Below are positions 1-10,300 of a DNA stretch of 35,699 nt, one piece after another. Source of the stretch: a virus (taxonomy: Duplodnaviria > Caudoviricetes); IMG/VR virus record IMGVR_UViG_3300044724_010283, positions 1 to 35,699 of that record; one strand, 5' to 3'. Each line of letters begins with the position of its first letter. Within the stretch, counting starts at the first letter, position 1. A program made the translations under genes and the position numbers. The notes beneath the pieces were generated by a model that saw only the letters and a program-made list of their open reading frames with translations, was not told where the DNA came from and did not search any database.

Positions 1-1068
1 GGCAATAGTATGGTTATTAAATTTTAATTCTAAAGTATTTTTTATATTAGTGATATTTATACCAGGTCTGATATAAAAGTAGTAGTATTTATTCTTATTA
101 ATTTTAGTAACGCCATAATCCATGCATTTATAGTTCTTATATGTTGCATTTTGGTATTTTATTGATACTTCAGATATTTGGTCTAACTTTTCAATGCCAT
201 ATTTATCAAACTCGTTCTCATGTATTAAAACTAAATTGTGTATTTTTCCTCCGTGCTCAATATGATGTGGTTGTTGGGATGCGTAGTCTCCGCTATGAGT
301 GAGTACGCAGTACATAGGGTCTGGTTGAGATAATGTAATTTTACGAGTTTTGATGCAGTTGTTTGAGTCTTCTGCTCGTATCAAGTAATTACCCGCAATT
401 AATTTATCTGTAATACTTTGTTGATTAACAATTATGGGTTTTTGATAATTATCAGTTTCGCAGAAAATTGCTGTTTTGTAGGGTGGTTTTCCACCGCTGA
501 TATTAATACTAAAGTCTTTACACTTTTGTCCATGAGATTTGATGGAACTCCACGAACATCCTATCTTAATGTCGGTTAAAGTTGGTGAGTTGATGGTCTT
601 ATGCGATAAGCATCCATGCTTGTCTTTGATTGTTATATTATAACACATATTCGGTAAGGCTTCAATGGAATGTGTCCTGCCATTAGTAATCGAAAAAGTT
701 TTGTTATTAATCTGTAAAGAATAAGGGGCTTTGCCTCCAGACCAAGCAATGTTGAGTTGACCAATATCGTCATGACAATTAATATTTTCTATTTGGGTCA
801 TGGTAATTTTTAATATTTGGCTACAATCTAATTTTACATTTAAATTTTCAGTTTCCTGTGTTTTAAGATTGTAAATTTCTAAAAAATATTTCCCACAATC
901 CAAATTATATACATTCCTACCGCCGTCTAGAATATTGGCTGTGGAAGGCAGATTTAACCATGAAAAAGAGAGATCTTGGTCTGCACCAACCTGTATACTT
1001 ATGCTACCGCTGGTGTGTGAACTACAATCCGGTATATGTTTAATAATTTGATATGTTCCTGGTTCCAT
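1..1068 (-). CDS. SprB-repeat (Ig-like beta-sandwich) protein, 3' end outside the window; not in the ORF track
   Basis: Manual translation from ATG at 1068 (AGGA upstream) stays open to position 1: MEPGTYQIIKHIPDCSSHTSGSISIQV...NINCHDDIGQLNIAWSGGKAPYS...YNITIKDKHGC...FSINISGGKPPYK...LIAGNYLIRAEDSNNCIKTRKITLSQPDP. This matches the SprB repeat pattern C..G.I.I..SGG.PPY...L.AG.Y...V.D.NGC...QP. Confidence 0.75.
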   Translation of the reverse strand, partial: MEPGTYQIIKHIPDCSSHTSGSISIQVGADQDLSFSWLNLPSTANILDGGRNVYNLDCGKYFLEIYNLKTQETENLNVKLDCSQILKITMTQIENINCHDDIGQLNIAWSGGKAPYSLQINNKTFSITNGRTHSIEALPNMCYNITIKDKHGCLSHKTINSPTLTDIKIGCSWSSIKSHGQKCKDFSINISGGKPPYKTAIFCETDNYQKPIIVNQQSITDKLIAGNYLIRAEDSNNCIKTRKITLSQPDPMYCVLTHSGDYASQQPHHIEHGGKIHNLVLIHENEFDKYGIEKLDQISEVSIKYQNATYKNYKCMDYGVTKINKNKYYYFYIRPGINITNIKNTLELKFNNHTIA

Positions 1069-1100
1069 AAAATATCCTAATATTTTAATATGTGCTAAAT

Positions 1101-2705
1101 TTAACAGTCGTGATTTTTGGTCCACTCCATACTAACCGTTAATTGTCCTACGTTATTATAGTTTACACTATGTGATGTCAAATACCATACGCCTATTACA
1201 ACACCTTCATTTTGAGCCAATTCTTGAGCTTTGCTGCGAGCACATGCTTCTAAACTGTTTAAGAACACCTGATTACATGCCACATCATTGATAGCAACAG
1301 TTACATTAGCTGCTACGGTCTCTTTCGAGGTGGTTCCTAGATTTTGTAATAAAGGCTCTCCTCTGAAAGGAATGGTAAATTCAGCGAAGAGATCTGTAGG
1401 ATATTGATGTGTCACCTCGCTATCAACCTTTGCGGCTCCTTCTATATCGCAATTTTTCCTAGTAGACCATTCTGATGTAAAACTAACAGTACCCTGTCCA
1501 TAATTTTTTGTGAGAGTTCTATTGATTTCCCTCAAAGGGCAAACTAAATCCTGTTCGGGTATTTGATAATTACATATGCCTAATAAAGATCCAGATCTAC
1601 AAGTTGTCTGATCATCTGCAAGACCGGTACCAATATGTGCATAAGCAATATTTTTTAACTTGCTCCTTATCACTGCCCATCCATCGTTAGCTGCGCTAAT
1701 CTTATCTACACTTGCAGAATGGAATATAGAATTGTAAACAAAATTATTATAAGCAAACGGATCCAAACCTTCTATGTTACCACTAATTATTACTGACTCA
1801 CCAGCTTCGTTGACATTCTTTGCGCTTTCTACAGACACCTCTGCAAATGCATCAATCATAGTTCCATGATCACGCGGTCTGATAATTAAACTTCCAGAAG
1901 CGCTAACCTCTCCAGACACAGGATCTACTGATAAAGATCTGACTTGTAAATATTTGGGGGCTGAATGATGATGATTAAGATCGTCTTGAGCAGTAGGTGC
2001 GCCTAATCCAGTGGTAATATTACCATTTTCTAGATTAGCTATACGTCTTTGCACCACTCTTTCTGCAGCTTCAATCCCAGTGAGTCTAGAGACACTACCA
2101 ATACAACCAACTGATGCGCCACTAACGGTAATATCAAAATCATGTTTAATGTGTGTTTGCCCTGCCTTATCTCCGGCCCCAACAATGGTATCAACCAAAA
2201 AACTATTTTCATCGAAAGATAAATTAACACTTTCGCTTACCGATTTGATGTATTCAGCGTCTGATACATATTGACTGGCAGCAGCATTACCTCTCACTGC
2301 TTTCTGGCCAAAATTTTCATGTACTTCTACAACAATGGAATATTCCGCAATCTGAGTCCATGTCGGATCAGGACCCTCAGAAAGTTGAATAGAAGCAATC
2401 TGACCTATACCATTGATAACTGATGTACCGGAACAACTAATTGTAATTGTTGTACAATCACCTTCCGAACCAATCTGACGAATAATAGACTCAGCTCCCC
2501 CTCCAACAGCACCAAATCCCCTGCCCAGTATTTTACCATTAAGCGTCACGTTGATAACACCACCCAAAATTAAATCACCTTGACGATATTGATCTGTAGT
2601 TATATTAACAAATGGAGCAGGATTTAGGGTCATACCGTTTACGGAAACAGTGGCTCCATCATGAAGATCTTGAGTTGAAATAGTTTCGGTCGTAATATTG
2701 TTCAT
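1101..2705 (-). CDS. Tail-tip/hub structural protein, paralog B (534 aa)
   Basis: Second gene downstream of the tape measure, beta-rich, colinear with 2715-4340 (PAPFV, EGPDPTWTQ, TGIEAAE, KNYGQGTVSF, PTDLFAEFTIPFRG). Function inferred from gene position. Confidence 0.6.
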   Translation of the reverse strand: MNNITTETISTQDLHDGATVSVNGMTLNPAPFVNITTDQYRQGDLILGGVINVTLNGKILGRGFGAVGGGAESIIRQIGSEGDCTTITISCSGTSVINGIGQIASIQLSEGPDPTWTQIAEYSIVVEVHENFGQKAVRGNAAASQYVSDAEYIKSVSESVNLSFDENSFLVDTIVGAGDKAGQTHIKHDFDITVSGASVGCIGSVSRLTGIEAAERVVQRRIANLENGNITTGLGAPTAQDDLNHHHSAPKYLQVRSLSVDPVSGEVSASGSLIIRPRDHGTMIDAFAEVSVESAKNVNEAGESVIISGNIEGLDPFAYNNFVYNSIFHSASVDKISAANDGWAVIRSKLKNIAYAHIGTGLADDQTTCRSGSLLGICNYQIPEQDLVCPLREINRTLTKNYGQGTVSFTSEWSTRKNCDIEGAAKVDSEVTHQYPTDLFAEFTIPFRGEPLLQNLGTTSKETVAANVTVAINDVACNQVFLNSLEACARSKAQELAQNEGVVIGVWYLTSHSVNYNNVGQLTVSMEWTKNHDC

Positions 2706-2714
2706 AATGATTAT

Positions 2715-4340
2715 TTAACAGTCGTACGGACTTGTGAATTCCATAGATATGTTAATTTCTCCTGTGTTTGTTTTGCTAGTAGAATGATTTGTTAAATACC
2801 AACCAGTAGCTCCAGCATTATTAGCCACGCTTCTAACGAGTCCCTCTGCGCAAGATATTGCTGCTGCAACAACTGGATGATCAAGAACGTGGTTGCAGCC
2901 AGTATCTCCAAATGATAATTGAGCTGTAACAGCTATCGTTTCTTTTGTAGTACTGCCCAAATTTTGCAATAATGGGGTGCCTCTAAATGGTATAGTAAAT
3001 TCAGCAAATAAATCAGTTGGATGATTATGTATTACTTCTATTTCAACTTTAGAAGCACCGGCTATATCGCAGTTTTTCCTTGTAGATCCCTGAACATTAA
3101 AACTAACAGTGCCCTGTCCATAATTTTTAGAAACCGAAGAATTATTTATGCGAACCTTATCGCATTTTAACTCATCATTATCAAAGCCCCTACAAATATC
3201 TAATAAAGAACCTTCTATGCAAGAAGAAGTGTCTCTGATACCCCCATCTGCATGTGCTTGCATTATACTTTCAAAAGAGGGTAATAAGGATTCATAAACT
3301 GATATAGCATTAGTTATTTTATCTTTGCTAGCGGGATGGAAGTCTGTTTCAAAAATTATAGGTTCCATAGCTGGTCTTGGTAGCCCTTCTATATTGCCAG
3401 TAATAGTAAATGTTTGTCCAATTTGAGAAACATCGGTGGTAGCTTCTACAGACATCTCCACAAAAGCATTTGGATGTGTAATATTAGTAGGTCTGATAAT
3501 AAAATCACCATCTATCGAAACAACACCGCCTACAGGATCTATATCTAAATTTCTTATTTCTATATATTTGGGACCATTCATGTAATAATCAAAATCTTTT
3601 TGTATAGTAGCTGCATTGCCTAGCATGGTAACCGTATCAGCACTTTGCAAGCGAGACAATCTTCTGAGAACAACAATTTCCGCAGCTTCAATACCGGTTT
3701 TTTGTGAAATTATATCTTTACACCCAACGGCCGCACCTGTTACACTAATACTAAAAGTATATTTAACATGACTCCTGCCAATTGTCATAGGATCAATACT
3801 ATCGACTATAAAAGAATCATTTTCAATAGACATTGACATATCTTCGCTAATGCTTTTAACCAATTCATTTTCGGTCACATAATCACCTGCTTTTCTGTTA
3901 GGTAAAACAGCAGGAATTCCTTTGTTTACATGCACTTGGAAGTTTACTCCATATGTAGCCAGTTGGGTCCATGTGGGGTCTGGTCCTTCTTGAACATCAA
4001 AACTAACTACAGTACCATATCCATCTATTACAATAGTATCTCCACAGCTAATGTTAATTGGCACACAATCTCCTTCGCCACCGATAGAATCTAGCAGTGA
4101 GGAAATTTCACCAGCGATCGCACCAAAACCACTATTGTAAGGATCGTAAATAGTGCCATTTAATGAAACATTAATAACTCCACCTATTATTAAATCTCCG
4201 ACTCTGTATTGCTCGGTGGTAATTGTTACAAATGGCGCTGGCGACAATGATACACCAGCGACAGAAACGTTTGCCTCATCAGCAGCAAATATTTGCACAT
4301 CAGTAGTATGCGTTGAGGTTTCTGATTGTATTATATTCAT
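2715..4340 (-). CDS. Tail-tip/hub (distal tail-like) structural protein, paralog A (541 aa)
   Basis: Immediately follows the tape measure gene; full-length paralog of 1101-2705. Confidence 0.6.
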   Translation of the reverse strand: MNIIQSETSTHTTDVQIFAADEANVSVAGVSLSPAPFVTITTEQYRVGDLIIGGVINVSLNGTIYDPYNSGFGAIAGEISSLLDSIGGEGDCVPINISCGDTIVIDGYGTVVSFDVQEGPDPTWTQLATYGVNFQVHVNKGIPAVLPNRKAGDYVTENELVKSISEDMSMSIENDSFIVDSIDPMTIGRSHVKYTFSISVTGAAVGCKDIISQKTGIEAAEIVVLRRLSRLQSADTVTMLGNAATIQKDFDYYMNGPKYIEIRNLDIDPVGGVVSIDGDFIIRPTNITHPNAFVEMSVEATTDVSQIGQTFTITGNIEGLPRPAMEPIIFETDFHPASKDKITNAISVYESLLPSFESIMQAHADGGIRDTSSCIEGSLLDICRGFDNDELKCDKVRINNSSVSKNYGQGTVSFNVQGSTRKNCDIAGASKVEIEVIHNHPTDLFAEFTIPFRGTPLLQNLGSTTKETIAVTAQLSFGDTGCNHVLDHPVVAAAISCAEGLVRSVANNAGATGWYLTNHSTSKTNTGEINISMEFTSPYDC

Positions 4341-4348
4341 AAACCATC

Positions 4349-7300
4349 CTATCTGCCTAGACCAATCAACTGAACAAGTCTTTCTTCTAAATTTTTAGTT
4401 ATCCTTCTTTCGTCCTCAGCGTTTAATTTAAAATCGTCAGCAGGAGCAATTAATTCTACACGCACCGTACCACCTTGAAATTTAATCACCTCAGGAATGT
4501 TTGGCGCTTTGATCTCTACTTTTTTCAAATCAGATACAGTTCTATTAAATTTGTCTATATGAGTACCAAAAATATTAACTGGCCCATTTAACGCAGGAAA
4601 TACGCGGGCCAGGCTATTGATTAAATCAGAGAAATTATTCGTTTCTGACCTAAAGTTTTTGACAAAGGTGTTAAAAACATTGGCTAAAGAATCTGAACCG
4701 GAACCAACAAGGGTAGATACAACACCATTAAGAACACCACCCCCAAAACTATAACCTTTGGCTGATATTATTCCTCCGCGATTAGCATATGAGGTACCTG
4801 TGCTTGCATCACTAGTAACATTAGCCCCGCTATTAATAGCCTTGAGTAAACCAAGATTGTTTTGAGCAGCAGATCTCCTAACAACAAATTCCCCAGGAGT
4901 CAACATTGCTGGTACTGTGTCTGTGCCTTTAGGTTGAAAATTAATCAAACGTCCCTTGGAAGCATACACAACGCCACCCTTAGCCCACCCACCAGCACCA
5001 CCGCCGCCGCCGCCAATGTTTGTAGGTTTGGATGGTATCGTTATTCTACCCTTGACTACTGTTTGATTCATTTCTTGTCGAATTCTTGTCACATCACGGC
5101 CCATCATTTCTAATGGTTTAATCAGGGTTGCCTCTAAGGTGGCCGTTGCTACCGTGGCACCGCCGGTCCATCCGGTAAGAAATTCATACCAAGTTCTTTC
5201 AGCCTCTTTAACTGTCTTTGCGTGCTCTGTAAACGCATTTGCGCTAATTTCAGCAGCTTTGGCTATTTCTTCAGCTGCCTTAGCGTCGACTTGCGCCCCA
5301 GCTTCTATATCTTGAGTATCTTTCAAGCCTATTCTATCAGCAGCAGCTTCTAATTCTTGAGCAGCAGTGCGAGCAGCGGTAAGTATCTGTTGTTTAAACT
5401 CTATAGCAGACTGCCTAATAGTATCAGATTGCACAGACGCGGCCTGGGTAATTAATTTCTGCTGAGTCTCTACAGCTTGTACTTGAGTTTCGATGGCTAT
5501 TGTATAAGAATCAATTGCCGCCTGTAATTCTGGATTAAGTTTACCTCTTTCTTCCGCTCCTACGGCAAAATCTTTTTCTACAGTCTGTAGCAACTGGGTT
5601 ATCACTGCTCCTTGTGGTCCAGCAGCATTGGCAGCAATATTCAAAGCATTTCGGACAAACTGCTGTAAAATTCTTTGGAAATCTTCTGGTGTGTTGGTCG
5701 CTTCAACTAAGCTTAATGATTCTATGCCTCTAGCTATATCATTAAGACTAGCATCTCCTGACATTACATTACCAAATGATTGCTGTTCCCGTGTGAATTT
5801 AAATAATCTTTCAGGGTCATTTATCATACCTAGCAGACCCATAACACCTTGTCTTCTTCCTTCAGAAATTCTTTCTTGTTCTGCTATTTTCTTCATGGCG
5901 GCATCAGCCATAGATGTACTATTGGCTAATTTATCCAGGGCGGTCTGATAGGCATTGATTTCTTTGGTCAATCGAGCTATGTTTCCGTTAGCTAGATTTT
6001 CTGTTTGTTGTTCCGGAGTCGCAGACATCGCTGTTAATTCTGCTTGTTTACTAGCAATAGCTTCTCCTATTTCCATAGGAGTCATATTAGGTCTACCACC
6101 AGCGGTAGCTACCAAGCCATTAATTTGAGCCTGAAATGGCGCTTGTAATTCTTCCAAACTCGCAGTTTCCCCAAAGGTTCTTTTGAGATCTAAAGCGGAT
6201 TCTAGTCTAATTTCGTCGGCTTTGATACCCAACTGAGCAGCTTTCAGTAGCATAGAGGCCAATCGATCAGAAGCATGAGCCAGTCTGTTGTTCATTTCTA
6301 TCTGAGCCTCAGCATATTGCAAAAATACTTCTCTAGCTTTTTCAGCTGTGGCATTTAATTCTTTAAGGGCGGGTACTTGTTCAGCTAATTCATTAAATGT
6401 TAACGGAGATCGACTTCCGGTTTGACTAGTAATTACATCTAGTATCTGCGTTCTTAACTGTTTTTCAACATTTTCACCTATGCTTATCCCCGCAAACATT
6501 TTCTTCAACATCTTATCAACAGATTGGGTTTGATTAACATCTAAATCCTGTCCACCAGCAGCTCTTAAAATCATAGGAAGCTCATTCCTCATTACCTGTA
6601 AGCCTCTAACAAAATCAGACATTTCCTGAGTCTCTTTTGTATTACCTAAAGAAGTATTAATACCAGAAACGACGGCATCTAATTCATCAGCACTATATCC
6701 CTGAATATTTTTTAATACGTCAGCTTGTGAGGTTCTAGCTCTACCGGCGGTTGCCGTAGGACCTATCAGACCAGCAGTATATTGATCTAACCTCTCAAAC
6801 AACTCACCAGCTTCTACTGTGGTTCTATTCATACTAGCAGACAATCGATTCATAATATCAGTAAGATTTAAAGTGAATTTACTAATAGATCTATTGATAA
6901 TCTGCATTCTTTGTGCTAATATATCTCCGCGATTAATTCTAGACAATTCTTTATTTATGCGTTCGTCAATAGGCTTGCCCTGAGCATCAACTCCTTTCTC
7001 AAATTCTTTTTCTGCTACACTTAGTTTTGCGCCCTCTCTTTGTCTAATTTGTAGATATATGTTTTTTCTAAGCTGTTGATTGCCCTTATTGATTTCTGAA
7101 ATGGCTGCATTGTAAGCATCTATATCCTCCGTTTTTAAAGCGTCTAAAAATTCTTGAACAGAGGCCGAAGATGGTACTTCCATGCCTATGTTGGATAATA
7201 CGCTTCTTGCTTGAGTTTCAGCAAGTCTATTCAAAACATTCATAGTGCCATCGGCATTATTAAATCTAGAATAAGCCTTCTCTCTTTGTGCTTCAGACAT

Positions 7301-10300
7301 TATAAAATCACCCTTAGCGTCTCTTGCTTCTACAGGGTCTGAAGCTTTAATAATTCTTTCGCTATATCTAGCATTTTTAATAGATTGTGCGCTAGTGGCA
7401 TTAGATAGGCTTTTCAATTGTTCTACCATTTGCATCTGCGCTGCTAATTGTTGATTTTGTACGGTATCATCCGTAAATGCTCCATAGGCATCCGCTGCGG
7501 CACTAACTCCAAAACCAACAGTCATCGCTCCTTGTAGCCAGCCCCAAGCATTTTTTAGCGTGAGGCCACCCCTTACTAATGCTGGTATTCCCCTTACCAA
7601 TGCTGGTATTCCCCTTACCAATGCTGGTATAACCCTAATAAGAGCGCCAACATACGCACCCTGCCTTTGAACGGAACCTCCACTAGCAAATCCAACGCCT
7701 CTGTTGGTAACGACATTAGCACCTATTCTGCCTCCATTAGCGGCATACAGAGCTTCCATAGAGGATCTTTTAATCACATAAGAACCAGCAGCTAAATTAG
7801 TCTTAAAATTATCTACTTTACCAGTGCCATTACCAGGAACAACACCAACCGCACTACCATCTAACATGCCCGCATTTGCTCCAAAAGCACCCTTATCTGC
7901 GTTATTTAATCTTTGTAATTCTACATCGGTAAATTTACTAGCTACCTCCGGCGATAATACTCCTTCACCGGGAGCAAGATGAACAGGAACCATGTTGTTA
8001 TTGCCACCATCAACCAATCCTATTCGACCGCCGTATGCCTTACTTTTTCGTGATCTAGAACGACGACGACCACCACCGCCACCAAACCCAATGCCACCTA
8101 TACTCATGGCTGCAGCAGTACTTGATACAATCATGATGCTGTTTGTTAAACTATCCAAACCAGCCGAAAAAGCATTCCAAACCCTATTGTCTTCTATTAC
8201 TTTAGCAGAATTTTCCAAAGATTTGCTTAAATTATTGTATCCCTCAATTGCTTGTTTTTCTAGCATTTCTCTTTCTTGTACGGTTCTAGCATTGTTCAGT
8301 TGGTCAAGAATTTGATTATATTCTGTTGTCGCAGCGGTGACTCCTTTGAGTGCGTTTTCTGTCTCTTTGGCTACAGAAGCTTTAATAAATCCACTAGCAC
8401 TACCAGAGATACCACCCACTAACCCTCCTACCGCGGCCCCTCTCCTGCCATATAACTGCTGCCCAACCACAGCGCCGCTCAAGGCTAACGAACCGCCTTT
8501 TTCTAAACCTCCGACAATACCACTAAAAGTGTCGCTTGTATCAGAAACTGTTCCAGCGAAATGATCAAATGTTTTTGCTAATTCTGGTAATTTCGAAGCC
8601 AAAAGAGATGATCCAGCACCCAGTATGCCAGTAACCCCACCAAATTTATCACCCATTGCAGTTAAATTTTTAGCTAATTTAGGGTAAGTTTTTTCTAATG
8701 CCTTCATGCCAGGTATATTACTGGTAGCAAATCTTTCGCCTAAACCATCAAAAACCTGGCCGATAGAACTTTCTAAATTTTGCTGAGCCTTTCTAAGATC
8801 CATTTTATCCATAGAGCCGAACTTACCTGACTCTAATGATTTCTGAGCTCGAACGTCTAAGTCTCTAACTTTCATTCTAGAGGTTAAAAACCCAAGTTCT
8901 TTAGCTGTTTGCTCTTGGGCATTAACAAGCTCGCCCCTTGCTGTAATTTCTTGTTCTAGTACTTCCTTCAGACCTTCAGACATTTCCTTTATTTCAGAAA
9001 CGGATAGCCCTTGTTTCATACCGTCGATAATCTCACTAAGTCCATTCTCAAGGGCTTCTGAATCTACATTTTCTATCCCATCCATCATAGTCGCTATATA
9101 TTCTGTAGCTTTTTCTTTAACCTCATCTATCACGCCCTCATCATCAATAGAGCCAGTTTTTTTGACAATTAAATCTGTTAAGTCAATTTGTGCTTGTTTT
9201 TTATCTGAAGAAAGAGTTTCTGCTCTTCTAATTATACTGGCCCTAACGCTCTTTTCGTAATCTTCTAACGAAATACCAAGTTTATCAACGATCCTTGCTA
9301 AGTATTCTTGCCTGTCTTTGATTACGCCACGAACACCGCCGCCATCAGCAAAACTTTGAACAAAACCTACAGCACCACCCTTATTAAAGCCCTGTATTCT
9401 GTCGGCTTTATTTAATTGATTTAGTTTTTGAGAACCAAGTTTCTTAGCAGCTTCTTTATTAATAACAAACTCACCAGGAGTTAATAATGCTGGAACAGTA
9501 TCTTGTGGTGAGCCACCATTAGCAAATCTTTGTATTTGTTTACGATATCTATTAACTTGACCTAGAAAATCATTAGGACTTTTACCCTTACCAAATACTG
9601 TTCTAGTAGTATCAGTAGGAATATCTGATGGTATGCCGAATAATGCAGCAGCACTCCCTATACCTCCAGCAAAATCGATAGGATCATTTGTTTCATCTTT
9701 ATCATATGGCGCTCCTAGTGTAGCAATAGCAGCTTCAAGATATGCCCCAATAGCATTGTATAATCCAGCTTTTTCCATCTGATTTTTATCTAGGGAGGCA
9801 GCTGATGCACCCACTCTACTAGCCATATTATTACCAACGGCAGCTACAGTTTGCTCAAAACCATCAGTCATCATTTTTTCATATTCATCAGATAATTTTT
9901 TATCTAATGTTTTGCCAATAAGTTGGACCGTATCACCATCTTCGGTTTTGGCTGTTACGTTTCTAGGACTACCATATAAACCAACTAAACCATATTGTTT
10001 AGCTCCAACAAGTTCTTGTTCTTCTTGAGCAACAGCTTGTCTTTGCTGAATTCTTTTTTGTAGTTGTGATACAGTAAATAGGTTCTTTTGTACGTTCGGG
10101 TTTTCTAATAGTGCAGCAGCTTGTTTTTCGGTTAGTCTTTCTATATCAGATTTATTAATTTTACCAGTTTTAGCAACCTTAATACCTCCAACGTCACCGC
10201 CATCATCAAATCTTTGTACTAACCCACCACTAGCAAACTGTTCTAAAAATTCTACATTACTAAATTGATCATAAAGATTTTGAGGAATAGATGTAGGAGC

